A DNA stretch of 60,820 bases from Chiloscyllium plagiosum (GCF_004010195.1 NC_057719.1:43330679-43391498), one strand, 5' to 3'. Counted from the stretch's first letter, positions 24,628-37,129 are shown. Translations and numbers: made by a program. Notes: generated from the sequence alone by a model not told the origin.

Positions 24628-25219
24628 CTTTGACCTAGATGACCTTAGCAGAGCTGACTGTCACTAGCATGGTGGCATTGATCCAATAATTCAACACAGC
24701 ATCTGAGAAGGTGGATTTGTGAGCATGTTTCATCAACTTGTGTATCTCCGTCCTGTAGGGGAGACTGCAGCATGTTAATGATTAAGCTTTAGTATGCTTG
24801 ACCGATGCCCCTAGCATAACAGCATAGCAGTAGACTTGCAGATGTTTAAAGAGGTGATTGTGTGGCTGGTACCACTCACCAGTATTGGAGTATGCGTGAG
24901 GTTGACGGACAGTGTATGGTGAGTTTTAATTGTGAAGGCGTGCTCTTAAGTGAGAGAGTGCAATGTGATACATTGGTTAGTGAATCTGAGATGGAATGTG
25001 CAGATGTGTTCACTCACTTTGACTACTTGAATGAGCATTAAACATTCCCTGTATATCTTGAGAATGATACTCTGGATTTTAAAACATTTGCCACCTATTC
25101 CCATTGTCTCTGAGACCTATTTATGATAGATTTCTGCCCATCAGTGGAAACATGTCCTCTTTCCTGGCCTCCATCTGTCTGACCAAAGCATCCAGGGTAT
25201 TATCACTAAAGTAAGCCAT
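24628..25219 (-). pseudogene. Second Harbinger-type Myb/SANT gene remnant with retained splice sites
   Basis: MAYFSDNTLDALVRQMEARKEDMFP from 25219, stops and frameshifts, donor gtgagt at 25017, acceptor cctacag at 24753, donor gtaagt at 24627. Confidence 0.55.
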
Positions 25220-26444
25220 TTCCACTGTATGTTGTGGCCTCGTTGTCCTGCAGTGATTCAATCTGATTATCAAGCAGCAAAGCAGCACTGTCGTGATTTC
25301 CTTCAGGGAATCAGGGCTGCATCTTTAAAGAGTGAAGATTTCCTGAATGTGTTTCTCAACCCCCTAGAATATATAAAGGCTGTTAGCAGTTCAACAGTGA
25401 CCAGTTTAGTATGAAAGTCACTCACGGACCACACTAATCACTGAGATGGGTGGTTGCACAAAATTTATCTGGTTTTGAATTGGGTCAAGAATCAAAGACT
25501 TTGAACCTAAAAATGGAGCAAAAAATAATTAAGTGAGATAACCATGGCTCTTTTAGAACTTGCAGACATCTGCTTAACATTAATTCACAGCAATTAATTC
25601 AATGTAAATTCATTGCCATTCTATCCCATGCAACATCTTTGAAATTTGACAAATCCTTCCTAATTTAGAACACAGAAGTAAACAAAATTACACTTGCTGC
25701 AAAGTTGATCACTGTTTAAGGAGCACATTTGTTATATGGGAAACAAGGTGCAAAAATACCCAGGTTTGTTTATGATGCCCTGTCATTTATTATCATTGAT
25801 AGCTTAAGGAAATAAAAATTACAGGTGAGGTGCATACTGATTTATGAAAACAGCCCAGGAGGATAATGGAGTACCTGAGCCAGGTATGGAGACAGAGATT
25901 GCAGATTCGCAAGATATAGGGCTAAGTATTGAAAAGGAGGCTAAAAAGGAAAAGGCTCAGGATAATGTAGAAAGGAAACATCCTGCACCCCTTGTAACTG
26001 CACAGACATGTGGGGGCAAATTGTGAGACTCCATTTCCACTTTAAGAAGATTCCTGTCCCAATATGGACCCACCATTCACCATCATCACTTCCACTTCCC
26101 AGCAGAATTTTGCTCAGGCAAAATTCAATGACCCAGAGTCCTCAACTTCTCCTCACATGACAAGCCCTTCGTCCCTGGGATCTTTGGACTGTCCAACACA
26201 TCCTTCCTCAGGTATGGGGCCCAAAACTACCCACAATATTCCAAATATATTTTAATCCATTTTTAAAAATTTTGGTTTATTGGGATCATAATTCATGAAC
26301 TTATGTCATAATTTGGAACAGTACAGTCTCCTATTTCTATGAAACAAACAACTCATCGTGAAATAGCAAAGTAATGCAAAAATATATTTATTTCTGTCGA
26401 GCTTTACAACCTCCAGAGATGTAACAAACAAATATTTTGAGTTA

Positions 26445-26650
26445 AGAACAAAGAACAAAGAAAATTTACAGCCCAGGAACAGGCCCTTCGGCCCTCCAAG
26501 CCTGAGTCGATCCAAATCTACTGTCTAAACTTGTCACCCAATTCCTAAGCATCTGTATCCCTCTGCTCCCCACCTACTCATGTATCTGTCCAGACGCATC
26601 TTAAATGAATTTACCGTGCCTACCTCTACCACCTCTGCTGGCAACGCGTT
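26445..26650 (-). mobile_element. Young CR1 3' end
   Basis: NALPAEVVEVGTVNSFKMRLDRYM; (acaaaga)n tail. Confidence 0.9.
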
Positions 26651-26934
26651 ATGTCTGGCGATGAAAAGGAATTGGCTGTCTTCTTTAAAACCCCCTCTTG
26701 GTTGGTTGCAACAAATATTTTTTTCATATACTAACACAACTGAAACATAGCTTCTTAGAAATTAAAAGTGTCAATTACCAAGGTTTCCAACCTCAAGAAA
26801 AGTAATAAAATGCAAATATATAAACATAATAAGATTAAAAGGGAGTGTCTGGTACAGACTGGAATAACAATTGATATGAAGTTTAAACATCTCTAGAATC
26901 TTTGAGTTGTTAGATTCTTACCCTGAAACCACAT

Positions 26935-27115
26935 GGGGAGGTCATGGTGTATTGGTGAAGGCACGAGTAACCCAGAACAACAGATTTATGCTCTGGGGGA
27001 CATGGTTGGTAGTAAAATTTGAATTCAATTTAATCTGGAATAAAAAGCTACTCTAACGGCAACCATATTGATTGTTGCATAAGTGCATCGAGTTCACTAA
27101 TATCCTTGAAGCCTG
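26935..27115 (+). mobile_element. SINE fragment (same family as 42285-42570 and 59630-59942)
   Basis: Shared core aatttgaattcaat...tctggaat...gttcactaat. Confidence 0.65.
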
Positions 27116-27234
27116 GCAGCCATTTTTCTTCCCTTTTAAAAATGTTTCAATCCATAAAAGGAGTATAGCAATCGGATGATGGAAGTTAAAATTCAGTAGT
27201 CTATAACTACCACCATCATAACACTGTTTTTATG

Positions 27235-27725
27235 GAGTCATAGAGGCCCTTCAGCCCATCATGCCTGTGCCAGTCATCAAACATCCATCTATTCTAATCC
27301 CATTCTCCAGTACTTGGCCTATTGCCTTGGCTCCCACAGCATTTTAATTGCTTATCAAAATAGTGTTTAAATGTCTGAAGGTTCCCACCTCTACCATCCT
27401 TCCAGGCAGGGAGTTCCAGATTCCCACTACCCTCTAATTAAAAGTAAAATTCTCAAAGCCTTTGGCTCTTTACCTTAATCTATGCCCCCACTAACTACCC
27501 TCCCCCCCGCATCCCAAGTTATTGACCCCTCTACTACAGTCCATCTAGTCTATCTTCATAGCTGAATTATTCCAGCCCATGCAACGTCCTGGTAAATTTC
27601 TTCTCCATCGTCTCTAGTGCAATCACATCCTTTTTGGCTTGTGGTGGAACTGTATACAGTACTGAAGCTGTGGCCTAACTAATGTTACATTTATCTCCAT
27701 CATAGCCTCTTGCCTCTTGCGTTCA
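27235..27725 (-). mobile_element. Degraded CR1 3' fragment
   Basis: ggcccttcagcccatc tail; WNSLPG and RPQLQYC-like remnants. Confidence 0.7.
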
Positions 27726-28399
27726 ATACTTTGATTTATGTGGGGCTAATGCACTCACCATTTCGATACTAACATCTATGGCTAGTTAGTCTGCTTTTCA
27801 CCAGAAAACTGAAAAAGGCCATCGCAATCAGTAAACAGGGCCTCAGAAAATATTACAATACAAAAATGAACTCTTCACCAAGGCAATGTTCCATTGGTGC
27901 CACAATGGACTGTCAGCCAAAAGGTATTATCGTGGGGTTTGAAGTTACACCACAGTGTTCAGAGATAAGAAGTTATCAACTGAGTCAAAGTGGCAATTAG
28001 TACAAGTATTCTGCAAAAACAAAATACAAGGGAAAATTCAGTAATGTATTGTACACGTGATAAACAAATAAAGCTAATCCCCATGTATCAAAAATAATGG
28101 CAAGAAAAATATGGCAAACCTACTCTAGATCCCAGAGGCATGAGTTTTTTTTAAACACCTAAAAACTGGCAATGTGATGTCTAACAATTGGAATTCAAAG
28201 CCTTGTGGCTTTTAGACTAATGCTAAGATTCTTATATTTTGTCCTAGAATGCAACAATTAAATTGCAACTGGTGTTAATCAAAACACCTTCAAAAAATAT
28301 TTTGTAAAACTTCAAGTGTAATTCTCATTAGAAACAATGTGATTTCAATCATTGTGGATTTTGTCACAAAGTTGTCTTCTATCTTCTTATTCTGTACTC

Positions 28400-28640
28400 A
28401 AGGAAATGTTCCTCCCTATCTACGCGGTGTATGGCCCTCAGAACTTTCTGCATTGCAATCAGGTTCCACCCCGATCCCCTCAGCCTTCGCTGGTCCATGG
28501 AAAACAGTCTCAGCCTATCTAGTCTCTCTTCAGAGCTGAGCTGTTCTAGCACAGGCAACTTCCTGGTGAATCTCTTCTCCATCCTCTCCTCTAGAATGTG
28601 GTAATCCGATTGAAGCCGTGGCCCAGATAATGCGACATAT
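28400..28640 (-). mobile_element. CR1 fragment
   Basis: RFTRKLPVLEQLSSEERLDRLRLFSMDQRRLRG. Confidence 0.8.
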
Positions 28641-29234
28641 GCGACAAAAAGCAATTAGTGTTGTCAATACTGAGAATTTTGCTTCCTCCCATCCCCCCTC
28701 CTGCACCTCCTATTTCTGTTAGTTACAAAAAACTTGAGTAGCAATATACTCCACCCATGCAGCGATACTTGTCAGGGTTGCTGCATTAAATCAGGTTGAT
28801 CTTTACAGTATAGAGAAAGGCATAAGATATTAAAAAATATAGATTTCATTCGATGAGATTAGTTGAAATTTCAGCATTAAAGACAAGGTACAATTTCAGA
28901 GGCGACTAAAACTTACAAAAGATTGAAGAGGAAATTAGAAGTGTTGCTAAACAAATGTGTTCCTGTCTGAGGAAGTACAAACTCACCACAGATACTAACC
29001 AAGAATTTAAAAAATGGCAGCTGGCAAAATGAGAGGCAGCCTGCGTGTTTCCTGCAAGAGCAGCAAACAGACTGAATGCAGTAGAGATGTGTGGAGTCAA
29101 CTCTCACCCTGTCTGATAACTGATATATTTCCTTAACGCTAAAATAATTTTTGATTCCACTTGAGTTAGTTCCACCGTTGATTATTACCCAATTATACAC
29201 ACAGTCAGCTCCATTTTTGCATCTTTTAAGATAT

Positions 29235-31272
29235 AGAAGCGTGAGATTGAAGACCCAGTACAGAAAGTACTGAAATGTTGGTCTGAGGCAACAGAAAGGC
29301 TTCTATGGGACTGCTTAGAGTCAGTGGACTGGGCTATATTCAAGAACTTAGCAGCCAACATAAACAAGTATGCCACTACCATCACAGATTCCATTAGTAA
29401 GTACTTGGAAGACTGTGTGCTGAAGAAATTAATCTGAATGTTCCCCAACTGGAAACCATGGATTAAGTCCAGGTCTGAGGTACTCAAGTCGAGCAACTCT
29501 GGCCTATACAGGACATCCAGGAATGGCCTTCGTAAGGGCATCAGACTCGCCAAGAGGCGTTACCAAGCTAAGCTTGAGACCCAGACCAACCATATGGCCA
29601 TGTGTCATTAGTGGCAAGGCTTACATGATCTAATGGGCAACAAAACAAAGTCAAATAGAATTGAGGGCAACTGCACATCCCTACCCGATGATCTCAATGT
29701 ATTTTATGCTCATTTTGGACAGAACGTCAGTGAAATGATTTCTATCCTTACAACTTCAGATGTACCTGTACCCACAGTTCACTACCACAGACATTAGATT
29801 GACCTTCATGACAGCGAACTCATTGACAGTGACAGGCCAAGCTGGAGTCCCTGGCCTTGGACTTAGGTCTTCTGCAGACCAGCTGGCAGGAGTGTTCACA
29901 GACATCTTTAATCTCTCCTTATTATGATCTGAAGTCCCCACCTATATCAAGAAGACCACATCACCCCAATATCAAAGAAACATCATGCAGTGTGCCTCAA
30001 TGATTTCCGACCAGTGGCTCTGACCTCCATAGTTATGAAATGCTTTTAGAGGTTAGTCATGGCTCACATCAACTCCAGCCAACCAGATTGCCTTGATCCT
30101 TTACAATTTGCCTATTGGTGCAACAAGTCCACAACAGATGCCATTTCTCTTGCTTTACGCTTTACGAACATCTGGACAACAAAGATACCTATGTCAGGTT
30201 CCTACTTTTTAACTACCATTCCACTTCAACACTACAATTCCAAACAAATTCATGTCTAAACTCCGAAACCTAGATCTTAGCTCGCTGTCTGTAACTGGAT
30301 CCTCGTCCTCCTGACCCATACATCACAATCAGTAAGAATAGGTGACAACTCCTCCTCAATAGTAATCTTCAACCCCGGTGCGCCCAAGGCTGTGTACTCA
30401 GTCCCCTACTATACTCCTTATACACTCATGACTGTGTGGCCAAATTCTGCCACAAATCCATTTAGAAATTTGCTGACGACACCATCGTTGCCAATCGGAT
30501 CTCAAACAACAATGAGACAGAATACAGGAAAGAGATTGTGTGCTTAGTGGCATGGTGTAAATACAACAATCCCTTTGTCAATGTTAGCAAAATGAAGGAG
30601 CTGGTCATTGATGCCAGAAGGCCCTGTCTGCATCAATGGTACTGAGGTGGAGATGATCAACAGCATCAAGTTCCTGGGAGTGATGATCACCAATAATCTG
30701 CCCCTGTCCAACCACGTTGATGCAATGGTCAAGAAAGCACAACAAGTCCCTATTTCCTCAGGAGGCTAAGGAAATTCAGCATGTCCACAAGGACTCTTAC
30801 CAATTTTTATAGATGTACCACAGAAAGCATCCTATCTGGATGCATCACAGCATGGTTTGGCAACAGCAGTTCCCAAGACTGTAAGAAACTAGAGAGACAT
30901 GAACAGCCCAGTCCATCACCCAAACCAGCCGTCTATCCATTGACTCCATCTATATTTCCCACTGCCTTTGGAAAACAATCAACATAATCTAAGACCCCTC
31001 CCACTACCATTATACCTTCTTCCACCCTCTTCCATTGAGAAGAAGATATAAAAGTCTGAATACACCTACAAATAAATTCAAGAACCGCTTCTTCCCAGCT
31101 GTTATCAGACTTTTGAACAGACCTGTTAAATGTTAATTCTGACCTCTCTCTCTTTATCTGGTCTGTTCTGCTACCCTGATGCACTTGTATGGTACAGTCT
31201 GCCCATGTAGCACTCAAAACAACACTTTTCTCTGTATCTCAGTACATGTGACAACAATAAACCAATCAATCA
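29235..31272 (+). mobile_element. Rex1/Babar-clade LINE, 5'-truncated and decayed
   Basis: [80 protein letters not shown]; tail aataaaccaatcaatc. Confidence 0.9.
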
Positions 31273-31776
31273 ACCATTTTTTTTTAATCATTGGGAATGA
31301 GGTATTAATGGGATGTTCGTATGAGAACAGCCCACTTTCAAACAAAGTTGTGACTTAAAGTCACAACCTCTCTGTGATTAAAATGTACATGTCCTGGTTG
31401 GCTGACTTCATTAGGTCTCAGCCTTCTCAATAGGTGAAAGATCATTCAGTGCTATCATGCTCCAACTCAGAAGAGGAAGAAGGGAGATGTGGTTTACTAT
31501 TATCAGTTACTGAAACCATTTGAATTTGTAAGGATTTTTTTTAACAGAAATTAAGAAGTTTATAGATTCCTTCTTTCTTTCTGTAGTTTTATCAAAAACA
31601 ACTTTTATAAATGCTGAATAAGATTACCAGTCCCATATTTCACATTGTTGTGTTCAGTTTGGTTAATGAAATTTAGGAATGAAAATGCTGTTAGAAAATA
31701 TTGTTTCAGTTTACCCAATATACCAATGATGTACACACAGTGGTCAATTTCTTGCAAGAGATGCGTTGGGTATGTG

Positions 31777-32253
31777 TGATTTGGAGATGCTGGTGTTGGA
31801 CTGGGGTGTACAAAGTTAAAAATCACACAACACCAGGTTCTGCGTGAATCCATGTCAGAGTCTGTTATCTCACTTTTTAGATTAGAATCAATCTAAACAT
31901 TGTGGCACAGACAAGGAACACAGGGGGCTAACACCTTCAACATCTTAACAGCTTATCTGGCTGACACCAATTGTTACAGTTAACCTGAGAATGTAACTTT
32001 TTAAAACGTTTTGTGATTTACACATGAATGCAGTGAAACTATCATGGTCATTCTAACAGATAAGAGACTCAACAAACAATCAAGGTATTTTTCAATGTAT
32101 AATTTCAGTTACATCACACTGTAAACTTTTGCTATAAATTCTGTGTCTTACAATTGTGCACTCCACAACCACCTGATGAAGGAGCAGCGCTCCGAAAGCT
32201 AGTGTTTCCAATTAAACCTGTTGGACTATAACTTGGTGTTGTGTGATTTTTAA
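31777..32253 (+). mobile_element. Penelope-like element family B: 3' region with short inverted 5' terminus
   Basis: ttaaaaatcacacaacaccaggtt near the left end is inverted relative to the right end aacttggtgttgtgtgatttttaa; contains hammerhead motif; homologous to 40462-40727 and 55621-55785. Confidence 0.8.
32170..32204 (+). ncRNA. Minimal hammerhead ribozyme motif (family B), intact
   Basis: CAC CUGAUGA A GGAGC agc GCUCC GAAA GCUA GUG: 3-bp helix I, 5-bp helix II, palindromic AGCU helix III, predicted cut after CUA at 32201. Confidence 0.8.
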
Positions 32254-32729
32254 TATTGGATTTGTGGCCATCCATTTCACCCAGTCTATAATATCAGTGG
32301 CAGAAGAAACTGATTGATTTCCATAATGATTGTTCATTTGAATTTGATCAACAAAATACCAATGGTAATCCAATTGCTTACAAGCAGCTTGCCATTTGCA
32401 ATAACAGCAAATATAATGGGACGATGCTTCCTTATGTTAGGCTCAGGCTTCTAATGGAGCACTGCTGTGAGCTGATGTTGATGCTCACCTTCTTTTTCAC
32501 TATCATCTCTACTCTTTGGTTATGCAATTGTAACTGTACATATTGTTTCTGAGAGGAATCATAAACAAATGTGCAAGTGCTAACCCATTGTGCAGTGTTG
32601 CTGGTGATCATACAAACCAAACTATAAACTACAATAAAATACTGTAATTAACTGTCATGAATCTTTTAGCCTATCTCCCAAGGCCAAAGCAAGAAATCTC
32701 TTTCAAAATAATTGGAGCCTTTATTTATA

Positions 32730-32960
32730 TTCATTCATGAGATGCATTTATTGCCCATCTGTAGTTGCCCTTGAGAAGGTGGTGGGGAGCTGCTTTTTTT
32801 TTGAACCACTGAAGTCTATTTAGTGTAGATACAAACACAATGGAGTCAAGGAGAGAGTTCCAGGATTTTGACCCAAAGACAATGAAGGAACAGTGATATA
32901 TTTCCAAGTCAGAATGGTTAGTGACTTGGAGGAGAACTCTCTGGAAGGTAGTTCTCCAGT
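32730..32960 (-). mobile_element. LINE 3' end (family of 21770-23850)
   Basis: SKSWNSLLDSIV...LQWFKKKAAPHHLLKG and tail gggcaataaatgc. Confidence 0.75.
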
Positions 32961-33081
32961 ATGTTTTGGTAAGGCAAATCAGGGCAGGACTTATATTTTT
33001 AATAGTAAAATTGTGGGAAGTGTTGCTGAACATAGAAACCTTGGTGTGCAGGTTCTTAGTGGGGCGGCACAGGGGGGAGGG

Positions 33082-33410
33082 GGGCGCACAGCGGCTCTGT
33101 GGTTAGCACAGCTGCCTCACAGCACAAGGGACCTGGGTTCAATTCCTGCTTCGGGTGACTGCCTGTGTGGAGCTTGCACATTCTCCCCGTGTCTATGTGG
33201 GTTTCCTCCAGGTGCTCCGGTTTCCTCTCACAATCCAAAGATGTGCAGATGAATTGGCCGTGCTAAATTGCCCATAGTGTTAAATGCTTTAGTAGTCAGC
33301 GGTAAATTTTGGGTAAGGGAATGGGTCTGGTTGGGTTACTCTTCGGAGGGTAGGTGTGGACTTGTTGGGCCAAAGGGCCTGTATACTGTAGGGAATCTAA
33401 TCTAATCTAT
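33082..33410 (+). mobile_element. HE1-type V-SINE inserted in a CR1
   Basis: gtggttagcacagctgcctcacagc, B-box ggttcaattcc, V-domain, (aatct)n tail. Confidence 0.9.
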
Positions 33411-33950
33411 TAGTTCCTTGATAGTGGAGTCAGAAGCAGACAGGATAGTGAAGAAGACATTGGTTAGTGTATTGAATGTAGAAGTTGGGAGGTCATGTTG
33501 TGGCTGTACAGGAAATTGATTTGGTCACTTTTGGAATACTGCATGCAATTCTGTAGGAAGGATATTATGATAAGGTTGTAGAAAAGATTTACAAGTATGT
33601 TGCCAGGGTTAGAGGGTTTGAGCTACAGGGAGAGACTGGGGCTGTTTTCCCTGGAGTGTCAGAGGCTGAGGGGTGACCTTGTAGAGATTTATAAAATCAT
33701 GTGGGGCAGAGATAGGGTAAATAGACAAGGTCTTTTCCCCAGGGTAGGGGAGTCCAAAGCTAGAGGGCTTAGTTTTAAGGTGAGAGGGGAAAGATGTAAA
33801 AGAGACCTAAGGGGTAACTTTGTCACATAGGGGATGGTGTGTGTATGGAAGGAACCGTCAGAGGAAGTGGTGGAGGCTGATACACTTAGAACATTTAAAA
33901 AGACATCTGGATGGGTACATGAATAGGAACAGCTTTGAGAAATATGTAGG
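33411..33950 (+). mobile_element. CR1 3' fragment (begins ~32960, split by the SINE)
   Basis: MLPGLEGLSYRERLGLFSLECQRLRGDLVEIYKIM. Confidence 0.88.
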
Positions 33951-33961
33951 CGAAGTGAGTG

Positions 33962-33973
33962 TTTTTCTTTCTT

Positions 33974-34021
<48 letters not shown>

Positions 34022-34047
34022 TCTTTCTTTCTTTCTTTCTCTCTCTT
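33962..34047 (+). repeat. CT-rich microsatellite (TCTCTCTCTCTT / TCTT units)
   Basis: Direct inspection. Confidence 0.95.
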
Positions 34048-34139
34048 AAGAGAGCAGCCCATGGTGCTCTGGGACTTTGATGATTTTCACCACTATTTTA
34101 CTTATGTAACAAGTACTTGATAGCTAGTGAAGCTATATA

Positions 34140-34810
34140 GTTATGGCAGGGAAATGATTATCAAATTTTCTGAAGGAAAGAATATCTATCAATGCCATGA
34201 TGTCCCAGGTCATTGAGGGCCAGAAGTCACAACTGACTGAATTAAGGGACTGGATTGGTGGCCAGAAATGGGAAAAGATTTAAAACATTATGTCGAGAAT
34301 TGTATCATTTACACCCAGAATAATTCAGACCAGGGTGGCAATAAAGGAGAGTTAAAGCACTGGGCCAGCAGCTAGGACCATGAACTAGCCTTCAAATAGA
34401 CTACACTATCTCCCTATCATCCTGAAGAGGGCACTTAAGGATATTGGGTCAGCATGGACACTTTTTATCGAATAGGCAAAGGACTGTCCACTCTAACACT
34501 GCTGATGTTGCATTGAAGACATCTTTATTAGGAATTTTCATTAGATGGGATCATCCCCACAGTATAAATTTGGACAAGGGAACTTGCTTCACAGTCCAGG
34601 AATGCAGGTATGATGAATATGCTTGGTATCAGACACAAGTTCCACATCGCCTACTATTGCCAATTCAATGGGATTGTCAAGAGGATGAATCACACCTGCA
34701 AAGGGATGCTGCAAAAGATTGTCCAAACAAATAACTGGACCCGGAACATAGTTTTACCCTGTGTCTTCATGCTCTGTAAGGAAATCGCTCTCCAGTTCAA
34801 CTGGATTGCT
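34140..34810 (+). mobile_element. LTR retroelement integrase remnant (HHCC plus catalytic core)
   Basis: HDVPGH, WWPEMGKD, YVENCI, GP*TSLQIDY, IFIRWDHPHSINLDKGTCFT, LGIRHKFHIAYYCQFNGIVKRMNHT. Confidence 0.85.
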
Positions 34811-35101
34811 TAGACCATAGGAGACTGAGGGGGTGACCTTTTGTAGTGGTCGGTAAAATTGAGAGGCATACATAAGGTAGATAGCCAACAGCATTTGCCC
34901 ATGGTAGGGGAGTCTAAAACTTGATGGCATAGGTGTAAGGTGAGAGGGGAGAGATACAAAAGGGTCCAGAGGGCATTCTTTTTTTCACTCCTAGTGTCTG
35001 GAATGGGCTGCCAGATGTTGTGGTGAAAGTGAGTACAATTTCATCATTTTAAGAAACGTTTCGACAGATACATGGATGGGATAGGAATAGAGGGATATGG
35101 A

Positions 35102-35319
35102 GAAAGTGAGGTCTGCAGATGCTGGAGATCAAAGTTGAAACTTTATTGCTGGAACAGCACAGCAGGTCAGGCAGCATCCAGGGAACAGGAGATTCGACAT
35201 TTCGGGCACAGGCCCTTCTTCAGGAGGGCCTGAAGAAGGGCCTGTGCCCGAAACGTCGAATCTCCTGTTCCCTGGATGCTGCCTGACCTGCTGTGCTGTT
35301 CCAGCAATAAAGTTTCAAC
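35102..35319. mobile_element. 218-bp fold-back PLE derivative (family A variant) with back-to-back hammerhead motifs
   Basis: Arms 35134-35224 and 35229-35319 are reverse complements (90/91), 4-nt spacer, ~32-nt tail on the left; duplication atagagggatatgga at 35087-35101 and 35320-35334. Confidence 0.92.
35230..35260 (+). ncRNA. Hammerhead motif (family A variant); mirrored copy on minus strand ~35193-35223
   Basis: CUGAAGA A GGGC cugu GCCC GAAA CGUC gaa; 5' strand of helix I largely lost at the hairpin centre. Confidence 0.6.
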
Positions 35320-35469
35320 ATAGAGGGATATGGACCAAACACTGGCAAATGGGGCTAGATTAATAGTGAAAACTGGTGGCATGGACAAGTTGGGCCAAAG
35401 GCCTGTTTCCATGTTGTAGATCTCTGACTCTAACCTCCATTAAAAGGCAAGGTTTGATCAGGGATAGTC

Positions 35470-36050
35470 TAGTTCTAGAGATCTACAACACAGAGAAAGG
35501 CCCTTCAGCCCATGTTCATGCCAGTCAAAAACAAGTATCAACTATTCTAAACAAAAATTCAAAAGGCCTGCAGATGCTGGAAATCAAACAAAAGCAGAAA
35601 TTGCTGGGGGGTAAAAAAACTCAGCTGGTCTCGCAGCAGGATGTGAAGAAAGGACTCTGGACCAAAAACATTAACCCTTGCTTTCCACAGAGGCTGCGCA
35701 ACTTGCAGAATTTGCCTAACTAATCTGAACCCATTTTCCAGCCCTTAGCTCACAGGCTTGTATGCATTGGCATGACAAGTACATATCTAAATATGTCTTC
35801 AATGTTGAGGTTTTCTGCCTCTACCACCCTTGCAGGCAGAAAGTTCCAGATTCTGTGGATCCAAAAGGTTTTTTTTCTCATTCCCTCTAAATCTCCAGTC
35901 CCATGTCTTGACTCTGTGCTCCAACGGTCTTCTCATCAAGGGGAGAAGTTCATTCCTGACTGCCCTATCTTCGTACCTCCGTTTTATACATCAGTCATGG
36001 CCTTTTTTGATCTCCCTGCTTTAAGGAAAACAACTCCAGTCTGTCCTGGA
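35470..36050 (-). mobile_element. CR1 3' fragment containing an old PLE terminus remnant (~35552-35715)
   Basis: ggcccttcagccc tail and WNFLPARVVEA; insert has ctgcagatgctggaaatc...aaattgctgg and a decayed tgaagaaaggactctggacc motif. Confidence 0.65.
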
Positions 36051-37129
36051 GCTGCAAATATTTTCTACAGAGGTGTTCACTAGATCACTTTGGTGTCCAG
36101 AAGCTGCTACATGCTGCAGCAGCAACACGTCACCTGTTCTGCCATCACTCTCAAATCTTATTTAACTATTTTTAATTACTTTAGTTACCATGCTCTTCAT
36201 TTTATTAAAGTTGTTGATGTAGAGACCCAAAAATAAACCAGACTTCTTTGTTTACTTAAGACTAGAAATATTCACTAATCCTACTGACCAATAAGCTGTT
36301 TTTCCTGTATTTGCCATGCAGTGGTTTGTGATGTCACTCTGCTGATTTTACTGTAGATCAGCCTCTCAATTCACACCTTTATTTTCTCCCACTTGCCCCT
36401 TGTGCTGAAGAGTTTACTTTTAACAGTAAACCCTAGTTAAAGCATCGACAGCCCCTCAATCAAATTATTACTCTGAAACACATTCCTAGCTATCTGCACT
36501 CGCCTTTTATCTAAGTCAGACAGTTTCCAGTCATTAAAGTGACAATGCTGTTGTCACTACTTAGCTGCAATAAGCAGCCCCTCGTTTAGACAAGGTATTT
36601 CAGGTTCTTGAATGCTAACACATTGTCATGCATTTGTTTCCTTTAACTGCAAACACTTAGTACAAGTGTCCCTGTCTCTGCGCCAGATGTTCTGAGATCA
36701 AATCCCACTCCAGAATCTGATGGTCAAGGAAGGTGAGTACATAGGCAGACAAACAGATTGAGCGTTCATTTATAAATCCTTCCAAAATATTCTAATGAAT
36801 GACTGTATGATGGTACAAAAATTGGAGTCTCTACTATAACTATTCATAACTCCAGACAACAGTATGCAAGTAAAAATGCTTGACTATATATTTTTCTTCT
36901 ATGGAATCACTAAGCATAGAATCCAAACTATATTTAAATTTGAAATCTTATGCCAGTGTAAATAATTGTTCATTAACATCAAGATATCTGTTATCCAAAA
37001 ATACAGTCTTCATGGTATATGTAACATACAGGGAATACACAGACCATACCATACAGCTAGGAGTGTCTTACCTCGAATCCACATCCTGGTGGCAAATGAA
37101 GGCAATACAGTCAAAATCCTTCAAACAAT

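Larger units (their letters stand above)
34820..35432 (+). mobile_element. CR1 3' end interrupted by a PLE hairpin
   Basis: RLRG, VWNGLPDVVV remnants; 3' UTR resumes after 35319. Confidence 0.85.

Noticed and set aside
28987..29051. Minus-strand 65-nt exon candidate (cttgcAG ... GTgagt)
   Set aside because: Peptides unrecognisable and length not frame-preserving; such motif pairs arise by chance in 60 kb
33082..33160. tRNA gene (also 2140, 23700, 40960)
   Set aside because: The A/B boxes are SINE heads continuing into SINE bodies; no cloverleaf
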